Origin: Candidatus Latescibacterota bacterium
GTDB taxonomy: Bacteria > Latescibacterota > UBA2968 > UBA8231
Length of the DNA: 64,000 bases
NCBI GenBank assembly: GCA_965248355.1
Contig: OZ252098.1
Coordinates: 288,001 to 352,000, forward strand
Direction of reading: 5' to 3'
The stretch's first letter is position 1; each line of letters begins with the position of its first letter. The notes beneath the pieces are model-generated. The model searched no databases, had not been told where the DNA came from, and was given only the letters and a program-made list of their open reading frames with translations. A program made the position numbers and the translations under genes. Positions 1-8,921 of the stretch are shown piece by piece.

Positions 1-432
1 CTCACCGACCGCCTGGGACGCGCACCGTTCATCATCGCCGCGTTGCTGGCGTCCGCCGTGATTCCCCTGTACCTCCTGGCGGGCTCTTTCGGGTACGTCC
101 TGGCGATCCGCTGTGTGATCGCCGTGGCGGCCGCCTTTTTCAGCCCCGCCATGGGCGCTCTGCTGGCCGACACCGTGCCCAGCGGCACTCGCGGACGGGT
201 GATGGCCGCCATCGGCCGGGGATCCGTGGCCATCGGCGCCGCCGCCGGGGGCATGGGCGGCCCTGGGACCGGGTTCCTGACCACCCTGCCGTTGATGGCG
301 GCGGCTCTCTGCGGCGGCCTCCTCTACGCCTGGACCCCGGCGAGCCCGTTTCTGCTCGTCTTCGGACTGACCGTTGCCGCCCTGCTCGTCTCGGCCCTGT
401 TCCTGCGGGATCCGGAGCGGGCGGAACGGTAG
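1..432 (+). CDS. MFS transporter, C-terminal part (5' end outside window)
   Basis: Open frame from base 1 reads LTDRLGRAPFII (MFS motif-A-like DRxGR), then hydrophobic helices and ALLADTVPSGTRGRVMA. Confidence 0.8.
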   Translation, partial: LTDRLGRAPFIIAALLASAVIPLYLLAGSFGYVLAIRCVIAVAAAFFSPAMGALLADTVPSGTRGRVMAAIGRGSVAIGAAAGGMGGPGTGFLTTLPLMAAALCGGLLYAWTPASPFLLVFGLTVAALLVSALFLRDPERAER

Positions 433-455
433 GGAGGGACGGGCCGCCCCAGGTG

Positions 456-845
456 TCAGCGGTCCTCGCCCTCGCCCTCCTCCTCCTCGGCCTCGTCGCC
501 GCGGCGGCGCTCGACGAACTCCCTGACCTTGGATACGGCCTCGGGCACGAGCGCGATCAATTGCGCCCAGCTGACCTCCTTCTCCTTCAGGGACAGCACC
601 TGCACCTTGCCCCTGGCGTCGATGACGACGAACCCGACGGGCTCCACCGAGGCGCCCCCGCCGGTGCCGCTTTGTCCCCGGTCCTCCCGGCCGCCGCCGG
701 CGCCGAATCCGAAGGAGATCCTGGACAGCGGAATCAGGGTCACGTCGCCGGCGGTCAGGGGCTCGCCGACGACGGTGCGCGTCTGGACGATGGTGTGCAG
801 CTCTCCCAGGACTCGCTCGATCAGGGCCTCCACCGAGGATTTCAT
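456..845 (-). CDS. YtfJ/GerW family protein
   Basis: MKSSVEALIERV...TRTVVGEPL..GDVTLIPLSRISFGFGAGGG..GTGGGASVEPVGFVVI matches the family signature; ATG at 845 overlaps the upstream stop. Confidence 0.85.
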   Translation of the reverse strand: MKSSVEALIERVLGELHTIVQTRTVVGEPLTAGDVTLIPLSRISFGFGAGGGREDRGQSGTGGGASVEPVGFVVIDARGKVQVLSLKEKEVSWAQLIALVPEAVSKVREFVERRRGDEAEEEEGEGEDR

Positions 846-1576
846 CGGCTTCCTTTCTCTCCGGCGAGCCTCGCGCGCCGGGCCGTCCACCAGGAACGGG
901 ACCGGGCCGCCGCCCGGGACCACGCCGTGGCGAGGCCGAACCGTCCTGCCAGATACAGCAGTCGGGCCGGGCGGAGGTGCAGACGCACCTCCGCCTCGCC
1001 CCGGAGGCCCGGGTTCGTGAAGTCGGGGGTGAGGGACAGGGCCACCCTCTCCGGGGCGGCCGGCGCGAGGGCGTGGACCAGACCGAAGAACCGGCCCGTG
1101 GCCCCCGGGTCCCCCAGGCCGACGATTGCGTTCAGGCGCAGCCGGCGCAGGCGGAAGGCGGAGGGCAGGGCGCGGACCACGCGCAGCAGGGGCCTGGCCA
1201 GGGGTCCGAGCGAATGCAGACGCTCCCGGAGCCCGGCCGCTCCGAGTCGCGGCTCTCGCTCCCGGCCGTCCTCCGGCCTCGCCCGGCCTGGATCCGCCGC
1301 CGGCCGGGGCTCTCGCTCGTCCCCGCCGAGCCGCATCCTCGGACCCAGCGCTCGTCCGGCCAGGGTCGGTACCAGCTCCCACGCGGGGCCCCCCCGCCGG
1401 CGCAGCCTCACGCCCAGCAGTCCCGCCCAGACCGCCGCCTGGGCGCTGATGTCGAAGCCGCCGTCGTCGTCCCATCGGGCGCCGCTGAAGGCGAGCACGA
1501 CCGGCAACAAGAGAACGGCGGCCCCGGCCATGGCCAGAGCGGCCGCCAGCAGTATCAGGAGATCGGACCAGATCAC
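842..1576 (-). CDS. DUF2953 (YtfI-like) membrane-anchored protein
   Basis: N-terminal TM helix, GLGDPGATG..G motif and LTPDF; translationally coupled to the ytfJ-like gene, its usual partner. Confidence 0.65.
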   Translation of the reverse strand: MIWSDLLILLAAALAMAGAAVLLLPVVLAFSGARWDDDGGFDISAQAAVWAGLLGVRLRRRGGPAWELVPTLAGRALGPRMRLGGDEREPRPAADPGRARPEDGREREPRLGAAGLRERLHSLGPLARPLLRVVRALPSAFRLRRLRLNAIVGLGDPGATGRFFGLVHALAPAAPERVALSLTPDFTNPGLRGEAEVRLHLRPARLLYLAGRFGLATAWSRAAARSRSWWTARRARLAGEKGSR

Positions 1577-1604
1577 AGCTCACCTCCGTGAATCCTCATG
1601 CGAG

Positions 1605-1685
1605 AAGCTACCCCGCCCCGGTGGAGCGTCAAGGCGGTCCCGAGGTGGACGCGGCTTGACAGCCGGCGACCGGGCCCGCTACCCT
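1605..1685. promoter_or_regulatory. Divergent sigma70-like promoters
   Basis: Minus strand TTGACG-N16-TAGCTT (1632-1605); plus strand TTGACA-N18-TACCCT (1656-1685); located between divergent genes. Confidence 0.5.
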
Positions 1686-1720
1686 AAGAATCGCCCGCAA
1701 GTACAAGCAGGGAAAGCAGA

Positions 1721-3433
1721 TTGGGCCAATTGCACACAATCGAACCCGGCCCCTTCGGGGAGATTCGGAAAGCCTTCGAGGTCGTCCTCTCGATCTCCCT
1801 CGCCCTGGCCTTGACGGCTTCCGCCGCCATGGCTCGATCGACCCTGACGGCGAGGTTCTCGGCCCCCGTGGCCGGCCCCGGCATCGAGCAGAAGGCGGAG
1901 CTGGTGCTCGATCTGTTCCCCGGCGACGGGGAGGCCGTGCTTGGAGCGACCGTCTCCTTTGCCGACGACGGCGTGCAGATCGAGTCCGCCGCCTGCGCCC
2001 TGGGCGGCGCCGAGGTCGCGGGCCGGCGCGTCGACCTCGACTACACGGAGCATCCCCTCGGGGAGCGCGCCACCGACACCCTCACCGTGGTCCTGCGCGC
2101 CGCCTCCGCGGGGACGGTCCCGGTGGACGTGACCCTGCTCGCCAACGTAGACACCCCCGGCATGGAGCCCCATCGGGCGCGGGTCCTGCTCGACGTCGAG
2201 CCGCCTCTGCGTCTGCGCGCCGCCCTGAGTCCGAGGGAGGCCTACCCCGGCGAGGCGGTGGAGCTGACCCTGTCCGTGACCAACGAGGACGATCGGGGTG
2301 TCGATGCGGTCGCCGTGGAATGGCCTGCCGGGATCACCGCCGACGAAGCGCCCACCGAGTCGCCCATCGCCGCGGGGGAGACCTCGGAGCATCGCTGGCC
2401 GGTCCGCCTGGAGCCGCAAGCCGCCGGCGATCTCCTCCTGATGGTCCGCGCCGAGGGCGGCGGGCTGCGGGCCTCCCCGGTGGCCGTGGCGCGCCTGCGG
2501 GTGAGGCCGTTGCCCGCCTTCGGGGCGCGGGTGACCTCCGGCGAGGCGGTTCGCGGAGAACCCCTGCGTCTGGCGCTGCTGTGGTCGAATCCGGGCGCCG
2601 AGGCGATTCCCTACGAGGAGCTCAGCGCCCGGGTCTCGGCCGGGTTCGAGGCCGCGGCCCCGGCCGGAGAGGTCTCCGGCGGGGTGGAGACCGACTTCGA
2701 GGGAGACGCCGTGGAGGTACGGCTGAACGGCCCCGGCGAGCTGGGCCCGGGGGAGGACCGGTCGGTGGAGCTGGACCTGACGCCCACCGGCACCGGCCCC
2801 TTCGCCTGGACGGGGGGGTTCCGGCCGCCGGGGCGCGAGAGCTCCCTCGATCTCGGCCTCTCCGTGGTGCGCGTCGTGGCCCCGGCCGGCGGGCCTCAGG
2901 CCGAGCTGGCGGCCGCGGTGACGGACCTGGAGCTGGTCAGCCAGGGCCTGCGGGCCGAGTTGGAGACCGCTCTCGACGCCATTCCCCTGTCCCGGGGCGC
3001 CACGGTGAGCCTGGCCACCGGGGAGGAGGACGATGCCAACTGGGTCGTGGAGGGCCTCCTGACCCGGGGCCTCCTGAGCCGGGGCGTCCGGGTGCTGGCC
3101 GACAGCGCCCTTCACGTGCTGCGTTACCGCGTCGCCGATGCCCGCGTCGTGTACAGCTCCGCGGAGTCGTCTTTCGGCCCCTTCGGCGGCGCCCGGCGGC
3201 GCGAGGGCCGCGGCGTGGTCTATCTGCGTCTGGAGGACGCCGGGCAACGGGTGCTGTGGGTTCGCAGGCTGGACGGCCGCCAGGAAGACCCGGACGTCTC
3301 CCGGCCCGCGGGCTGGCTGAGCGCCGGCGAGGGATTTCCCCAGTCACGGATCGAGCCGGATCGGCGGTTCCTGGAACTCGGCCTGTCGGGGGCCATCGTG
3401 GGCGGTCTGCTCTTCATTTTCTTCGCTCCCTGA
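1721..3433 (+). CDS. Hypothetical exported protein with tandem Ig-like domains and C-terminal TM anchor
   Basis: Signal-peptide-like N-terminus; repeated PGE.VELTLSVTN / LALLWSNPG / LGPGEDRSVEL beta-sandwich motifs; hydrophobic C-terminal LELGLSGAIVGGLLFIFF. Confidence 0.6.
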   Translation: MGQLHTIEPGPFGEIRKAFEVVLSISLALALTASAAMARSTLTARFSAPVAGPGIEQKAELVLDLFPGDGEAVLGATVSFADDGVQIESAACALGGAEVAGRRVDLDYTEHPLGERATDTLTVVLRAASAGTVPVDVTLLANVDTPGMEPHRARVLLDVEPPLRLRAALSPREAYPGEAVELTLSVTNEDDRGVDAVAVEWPAGITADEAPTESPIAAGETSEHRWPVRLEPQAAGDLLLMVRAEGGGLRASPVAVARLRVRPLPAFGARVTSGEAVRGEPLRLALLWSNPGAEAIPYEELSARVSAGFEAAAPAGEVSGGVETDFEGDAVEVRLNGPGELGPGEDRSVELDLTPTGTGPFAWTGGFRPPGRESSLDLGLSVVRVVAPAGGPQAELAAAVTDLELVSQGLRAELETALDAIPLSRGATVSLATGEEDDANWVVEGLLTRGLLSRGVRVLADSALHVLRYRVADARVVYSSAESSFGPFGGARRREGRGVVYLRLEDAGQRVLWVRRLDGRQEDPDVSRPAGWLSAGEGFPQSRIEPDRRFLELGLSGAIVGGLLFIFFAP

Positions 3434-3452
3434 TCCCGCGCCGGGCGCAGGA

Positions 3453-5558
3453 TCAGAACCGCCGCCGCCGCCGTCCGCCGGAGTCGTCGACGCCGTGCAG
3501 GGGGCACGTCTCCGGCATGGCGCCCCCGCGGATGAAGATCTCCTCCGACTGGTTCGGGCAGTAGCGCGTGGCCAGACTGTGGGTGTCCTCGCACACGGGG
3601 CGGTACTCCACCAGGTCCTCCGGGTATTCAAACGAGTCGCGGCGCTGCCGGCGGTAGGGCTCGACCTCGTCGTAGACCTGCTTCATGAAGCGCGCCCAAA
3701 GGGGCAGGGCGGCGGCGCCGCCGGGCTGTGAGGCCAGGCCGATGCGGGGGTCGTCGACGCCGACCCACACGCCGGCCACCAGGTGGGGGGTGAAGCCGAG
3801 GAACCAGGCGTCACGGTAGTCGTTGGTGGTGCCCGTCTTGCCGGCCGCGGCCCAGCGGAAGCCGTGACGGAAGCGCGCCGAGCGGCCGGTGCCGCCGACC
3901 TCGTCCATGACCGAGCGCATCAGATCGGTCATGACCACGGCCACGGCCGGGCGCAGCACCGAGCGCCTCACCGGGGTGGACCGGAAGATGACGTTGCCCT
4001 CGGCGTCCTCGATCCGGGAGACGGGCACCGGCTCGACGTAGATCCCCCGGTTGGGAAACACCGAGTAGGCCGCCACCATATCCAGGAGCCGCACCTCGCT
4101 CGAGCCGATGCCGATGGCGTAGACCTCGTTGATCCGATCGCGGATGCCCATGGCCCGGGCGTACTGGGCCACCCGGGCGGGGCCGAGGTCCTGGGCCAGC
4201 TTCAGAGCGATGATGTTGCGCGACTCCCTGAGTCCCTGACGCAGGGTCATGGGACCCTTGAACTTGTGATCGTAGTTCTCCGGGGTCCAGATGGTGCCGT
4301 CCGCCTCCTCGACGACGATGGAGTTGTCGTCGTAGACATCGATGGGGAAGCGGTTGTTGTCGATGGCCGCAGTGTAGACGAAGGGCTTGAAGGAAGAGCC
4401 GGCCTGGCGCAGGGCCTGCCAGGCCCGGTTGAACTTGCTCTCCCCGAAGTCCCGGCCTCCGATCATGGCCAGGATGTCGCCGTTGGCCGGGTCCATGGCC
4501 ACGAAGGCGCCCTGGACCACGGCCCGGTCGCCGTCGGGACGGTCGGCGGGGGCCTGGCGGGCGACCCAGGCGTCGACCTTGGCCTGGACCGCGGCGATCT
4601 GCGTGGCGAAGTGTTCCTCGGCGATGCGCTGCAGGGTGGCGTCGAGGGTGGTGTGCACGGAGTAGCCATCACGGTAGAGCTTGGAGCCGTGTTCGGCGTC
4701 GAGCTGCTGGCGCACGTACTCGACGAAGTAGGGGGCCAGGCCGTAGGTCTCGGACTGGCGCCCCCGGCGGATGCGCGCCGGCTCCCGGGAGAGGCGCTCG
4801 GCCTCGGCGGCCTCCAGTTTCCCGGCTCTGACCATCTCCTCCAGCACGAGGTTGCGGCGGCTGACGGCCTTCTCCGGGTTGTTGAAGGGGCTGTAGGTGT
4901 TCGGCGCCTTCAACAACCCCGCGAGCAGGGCGCACTCCTCCACCTGCAGGTCCGCGGCCTCCTTGTCGAAGTAGAGTCGTGCCGCCGACTTCAGCCCGTA
5001 GGCGTCGTAGCCGAAGAACACGGTGTTGAGGTACATCACCAGGATCTCGCGCTTGGTGTAGAGCCTCTCCACGTGGACGGCCGTGATCTGCTCGCGGATC
5101 TTGCGGGCGTAGGTGGCCAGCACGTCCCCCAGGGAGTCGGAGGAGCGCTGGGTGCCGACCTTCCGGTAGAGGTTGCGGGCCAGCTGCTGCGTGAGGGTGC
5201 TGGCCCCCTGGGCGGTGGGGTCCCGGCGCTTCACGTTCTCCAGGACGGCCCCGAGGATGCGGCGCAGGTCGATCCCCCAATGGCTGAAGAAGCGGCGGTC
5301 CTCCACCGAGATCAGGGCGTCCCTCATCGCCTGGGGGATCTCTTCGAAGCTGCGGATCAGCTCCCGGTTCTCGAGCTTGAAGTCGTAGAGGTGGCTGCCG
5401 TCCGCGGAGTAGACCCTGGTGACCCGCTTGGGCTGGAAGGTCTCCAGCTCGTCGATGTCCGGGAGGTTGTCGCTGACCAGGGCGTAGACCACGCCCAGGA
5501 CCAGCGCGTAGAAGCACAGGCAGGCGAGGGAGTACGCGGCGATTCTCCGGGCGGTCAA
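3453..5558 (-). CDS. mrcA: Penicillin-binding protein 1A family (bifunctional transglycosylase/transpeptidase)
   Basis: EDRRFFSHWG, GASTLTQQLARN and RKIRE glycosyltransferase motifs; SSFK, SRN and KTGT transpeptidase motifs. Confidence 0.93.
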   Translation of the reverse strand: MTARRIAAYSLACLCFYALVLGVVYALVSDNLPDIDELETFQPKRVTRVYSADGSHLYDFKLENRELIRSFEEIPQAMRDALISVEDRRFFSHWGIDLRRILGAVLENVKRRDPTAQGASTLTQQLARNLYRKVGTQRSSDSLGDVLATYARKIREQITAVHVERLYTKREILVMYLNTVFFGYDAYGLKSAARLYFDKEAADLQVEECALLAGLLKAPNTYSPFNNPEKAVSRRNLVLEEMVRAGKLEAAEAERLSREPARIRRGRQSETYGLAPYFVEYVRQQLDAEHGSKLYRDGYSVHTTLDATLQRIAEEHFATQIAAVQAKVDAWVARQAPADRPDGDRAVVQGAFVAMDPANGDILAMIGGRDFGESKFNRAWQALRQAGSSFKPFVYTAAIDNNRFPIDVYDDNSIVVEEADGTIWTPENYDHKFKGPMTLRQGLRESRNIIALKLAQDLGPARVAQYARAMGIRDRINEVYAIGIGSSEVRLLDMVAAYSVFPNRGIYVEPVPVSRIEDAEGNVIFRSTPVRRSVLRPAVAVVMTDLMRSVMDEVGGTGRSARFRHGFRWAAAGKTGTTNDYRDAWFLGFTPHLVAGVWVGVDDPRIGLASQPGGAAALPLWARFMKQVYDEVEPYRRQRRDSFEYPEDLVEYRPVCEDTHSLATRYCPNQSEEIFIRGGAMPETCPLHGVDDSGGRRRRRF

Positions 5559-5616
5559 GGATGACCTCGGAAACCCCGCCGCGCCTCGCCGCAGGCCCGG
5601 GCTCTCCAGAGCCCTC

Positions 5617-8600
5617 TTACCGGTAGTAGCCCTTCACCCATCTCGTGTTGTAGTCGAGCACGTAGCGCACGTGCTCCGGCGTTGCGGGGTAGGTCTCGCC
5701 CGGGCCGTAGGGGTAGCGGGACATGCCGTGGAAGGGAAGGGGCTCGACGGTCAGGGAGTGGGCGGAGTGGAAGTCCATGTCCTTTCCGAATCCGTCGGCG
5801 TAGAACAGGAAGGTCCGCTCCCAGCCCTCGGGCACCGGCGGGAAGCCGCCGGCCTCGACCTCCAGTGTCAGCTCGTCGCCGTGGCGCAGGATGGCGAAGC
5901 GGTCGTCCACGGCGGCCACCAGCTCGGTCACCTCCCCGTGACGGGTGAAGGCGCCGGCGTGGGTACCCCAGGGGGCCTCGGTGCGCAGGCGGTCGTAGTG
6001 GTAGCGGAAGGCGAACGTGCCCCCGATCGACTCGTGGACGGGGTAGCCGCGCCAGTGCAGGTCGGCCCGGAACCGGCGCCGGTGGACGCTGCGCGGCGCC
6101 TGGGGCTCCGACCGCCCGAGGAGGAAGCGGTCCCAGTAGACGCAGGCGCGGGTGGTGATGCGCAGGCGCGCCCTCTCGGCATCGGCCGGGAAGAGGCCCT
6201 CCAGGTCGACGAGCATGGTCTTCGGCAGGCCGGCGGGGGTGCCCATGTCGGCGGTCACCAGGCGCCAGCCCTCGCCGTGGTCGGCTTCGAGCCGCGGCGG
6301 CGACAGGTCCAGCCCGCGTTGGGCCGCGGCCCAGTTGCTGCTGGAGTGGGCATAGTCGACCCATCCGTGGGCCAGCAGGACCGGGTGCGGCCATCCCCTC
6401 AGGTCGCCGAGGTCCAGGACCAGGGTGGACTCCCCGGCGTAGCCGTGGATGTCGCTGCGCGGGAATCCCTCGTACCAGATGTCGTCGACGTGGGCCAGCT
6501 CCGCGCTCACGTCGCGGCCCTCCCCGTCGCGGGCGTTGCGCAGAGCGCGGGTCTCCGCCAGGGCATGGGTGCGGAAGGGGGGGTAGGGAGGCGCCGACAG
6601 CAGGCGTTCCTCCGGCTCGATTCGCAGGTGGGCGGGATGGTCCACGGCGACCAGCTCCGCGGCGTCGAGGTAGACGATCTCCTCCAGCTGGTTGGCCACC
6701 TGGAGCACGTAGCGTCCGTCCCGCGCTTCCAGGTCGCGCAGGGGGAGATACTCGTCCGTGTCGGGCGTGTAGTATTGGCCCGGGCCGGTCAGGTAGCCGA
6801 TGATGGCACCGCCGAGGAAATCGGAGACGAAGCGGAAGCCGCCGCCGTCCCAGGCATAGAGGATGGGGCAGGAGGTGCCCTTGCGATCGAGCTCCGTCAG
6901 AGCCAGCCTCCGGCCGGCGGCGCTGGCCAGCTCGGTCTGGCGCACGCCGCTGGGCCAGAGGACGCTCACGAACTCCACCGAGTCGGCTCCGGCCAGGCCG
7001 AAGTGCAGGACCGGCGGGTCGGAGGGCCCGCCGCGCAGCTCCCGCTTCTGCTGTCCCCCCGCGGTGGCCACCACCACCTTGGCGCCGAAGCCGTCCGGAT
7101 TGCTGTTGCGCCCCGACAGGTCGACGGCGAGCCAGCCTCCGGCCTCGCTGTGGTTGCGCCACACCCGCCGGCCGGCGAGCACGTCGAGGCGGCCGTCGCC
7201 GTCGACGTCGAGAATGGCCCACGGGCCCGGTCCGAGAGCCGGCCCGGCCGGGCGGAAGTCGGGGCCGTCGTGGACGGCCGCCCGGGCGCCCTCCGGTCCC
7301 GTCCACAAGAGGTCGAGGTCGCCGTCGTTGTCGAAGTCGGCGGGCAGGGCCTGCCGGGCGCCGGACGGGGCGGCAACCGGGCTCGCCTCGAAGGTCCGGC
7401 CCCCGTTGGCGTGCAGGCGGGCGCCGCCGGCGGTCACGGTCAGGACGTCCATGCGTCCGTCCGGCACGAGGTCGGCCACGACGAGGCCGGTGACGCCGCC
7501 GGCCTCCAGGCCCCGCCGGCCGGCCACGTCGGTGAAGGTGCCGTCGCGGTTGTTGCTGTGAAGGGCCAGGGTCCGCCCGCCGGCGACGACGTCGACGTCG
7601 CGGTCGTCGTCGAGGTCGGACAGCACCACCGCCTCGATGCCGGGTCCCCCGAGGCGGGAGACTTCGGTGGCATCGGCGAAGGCTCCGGTGCCGTCGTTGG
7701 CCCACAGGGCCAGCCCGGGGCCGGCGGTGAGCAGATCGACGTCGCCGTCGTGATCGACGTCGCCGAACAGGGTGGTCCCCGGCGCCGGCGCCAGGGCGCC
7801 GCCGAGACGGAACCGCCCGCCTTCCTCCTGCAGCGCCAGGCGCAGGCCGTCGCCGGACCAGGCCGCGTCGGGGTCGCCGTCGTCGTCCACGTCGGCGAAG
7901 ACCAGGCCCCGAGGCGGCGGGGCGTCTTCGAAAGCCCAGGCCGCCCCCATCCGCAGTCCCGCGCCGGTGTTGGTCAGCAGCAGCGGCCCCCGGCCCGTTC
8001 CGGCCACCACATCCGCATCCCCGTCCCCGTCGGCGTCGACGGGGGTGAGGAAGAGCAACGGTCCCTCGGCGCCGGCCAGCTCCAGCTCCTCCTCCTCTTC
8101 GAAGCGCAGGTCCTGGCCGCGGTCGGCGCCGCCGCCGAACCCGCCTTCGGCGAGGGCCTCGGCGTACTGGCCCTGCCCCTGGTACGAGGAGGAGACGCCC
8201 TCCACGCCGGCCTGGCTCAACTGGTCGAACCGCTCCAGGGTCCGCCGCCAGGCCTCCAGGTCGCCCTGCTGCCTCAGCTCCTGGGCCAGGGCGTAGTGGG
8301 CGGACAGGTGGGTGGGGTTCAGGGCGATGGCGCGCTGGTAGGCGGCCACCGCGGAGTCGGCGTGCCCCACCTTGGCATGGGTCCGGCCGAGATAGTACCA
8401 GACGAGGGGATCCTCGCCGTCCCGGGCCGCGACCCTTCGGAAGCGCTCCAGGGCGGCGTCGTAGTCGCGTCCCTGGGCGTGATCGATCAGACCCAGGGTG
8501 TAGAGCGCGTGCAGGTGGCCGCCGTCGCGCTCGAGGGCTGCGTCCAGGGCCACGCGGGCGCTGTCGTACTTGCCCAGGCTGTAGAGGGCGATGCCGAGGT

Positions 8601-8817
8601 TGGCGCGGGCCGTGGGGTAGTGCGGGGCCAGCCTCGCCGCCTCTTCGAAGTGCTCGCGGCCCCGGACGTAGTTGTGCTGGTCCATGTAGACGACGCCCTG
8701 GTTGTTGTGCCAGCGCGCCTCCCCAGGCAATCCGCCTCCCGCCTCCGGGCCGCAGCCGAGCCCCGCGGTGAGGGCGATCCAGGCCGCGCCGGCGGCCTTG
8801 ACGCTCTTTTTTGCCAC
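5617..8817 (-). CDS. TPR + FG-GAP repeat + ASPIC/UnbV (CRTAC1-like) lipoprotein
   Basis: Lipobox-like GLGC, N-terminal TPRs, repeated DxDxDGDxD motifs, LHFGL...VLWPSG (ASPIC/UnbV), then SCPILYAWDG domain. Confidence 0.85.
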   Translation of the reverse strand: MAKKSVKAAGAAWIALTAGLGCGPEAGGGLPGEARWHNNQGVVYMDQHNYVRGREHFEEAARLAPHYPTARANLGIALYSLGKYDSARVALDAALERDGGHLHALYTLGLIDHAQGRDYDAALERFRRVAARDGEDPLVWYYLGRTHAKVGHADSAVAAYQRAIALNPTHLSAHYALAQELRQQGDLEAWRRTLERFDQLSQAGVEGVSSSYQGQGQYAEALAEGGFGGGADRGQDLRFEEEEELELAGAEGPLLFLTPVDADGDGDADVVAGTGRGPLLLTNTGAGLRMGAAWAFEDAPPPRGLVFADVDDDGDPDAAWSGDGLRLALQEEGGRFRLGGALAPAPGTTLFGDVDHDGDVDLLTAGPGLALWANDGTGAFADATEVSRLGGPGIEAVVLSDLDDDRDVDVVAGGRTLALHSNNRDGTFTDVAGRRGLEAGGVTGLVVADLVPDGRMDVLTVTAGGARLHANGGRTFEASPVAAPSGARQALPADFDNDGDLDLLWTGPEGARAAVHDGPDFRPAGPALGPGPWAILDVDGDGRLDVLAGRRVWRNHSEAGGWLAVDLSGRNSNPDGFGAKVVVATAGGQQKRELRGGPSDPPVLHFGLAGADSVEFVSVLWPSGVRQTELASAAGRRLALTELDRKGTSCPILYAWDGGGFRFVSDFLGGAIIGYLTGPGQYYTPDTDEYLPLRDLEARDGRYVLQVANQLEEIVYLDAAELVAVDHPAHLRIEPEERLLSAPPYPPFRTHALAETRALRNARDGEGRDVSAELAHVDDIWYEGFPRSDIHGYAGESTLVLDLGDLRGWPHPVLLAHGWVDYAHSSSNWAAAQRGLDLSPPRLEADHGEGWRLVTADMGTPAGLPKTMLVDLEGLFPADAERARLRITTRACVYWDRFLLGRSEPQAPRSVHRRRFRADLHWRGYPVHESIGGTFAFRYHYDRLRTEAPWGTHAGAFTRHGEVTELVAAVDDRFAILRHGDELTLEVEAGGFPPVPEGWERTFLFYADGFGKDMDFHSAHSLTVEPLPFHGMSRYPYGPGETYPATPEHVRYVLDYNTRWVKGYYR

Positions 8818-8827
8818 TCTCTATATT
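8798..8827 (+). promoter_or_regulatory. sigma70-like promoter of tRNA-Gly
   Basis: TTGACG-N18-TATATT ending 13 nt before the tRNA 5' end. Confidence 0.65.
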
Positions 8828-8840
8828 CCTCCTCCCGATC

Positions 8841-8916
8841 GCGGGAGTAGCTCAGTTGGTAGAGCCCCACGTTGCCAACGTGGTTGTCGCGAGTTCGAGT
8901 CTCGTCTCCCGCTCCA
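8841..8916 (+). tRNA. tRNA-Gly (GCC)
   Basis: GCGGGAG/CTCCCGC acceptor stem, D arm, anticodon arm CCACG-TTGCCAA-CGTGG, GTTCGAG T loop, encoded CCA; 76 nt. Confidence 0.97.
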
Positions 8917-8921
8917 CCGAA

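Noticed and set aside
8841-8916. tRNA-Gly as an island integration site
   Set aside because: No duplicated tRNA 3' end, integrase or compositional shift nearby
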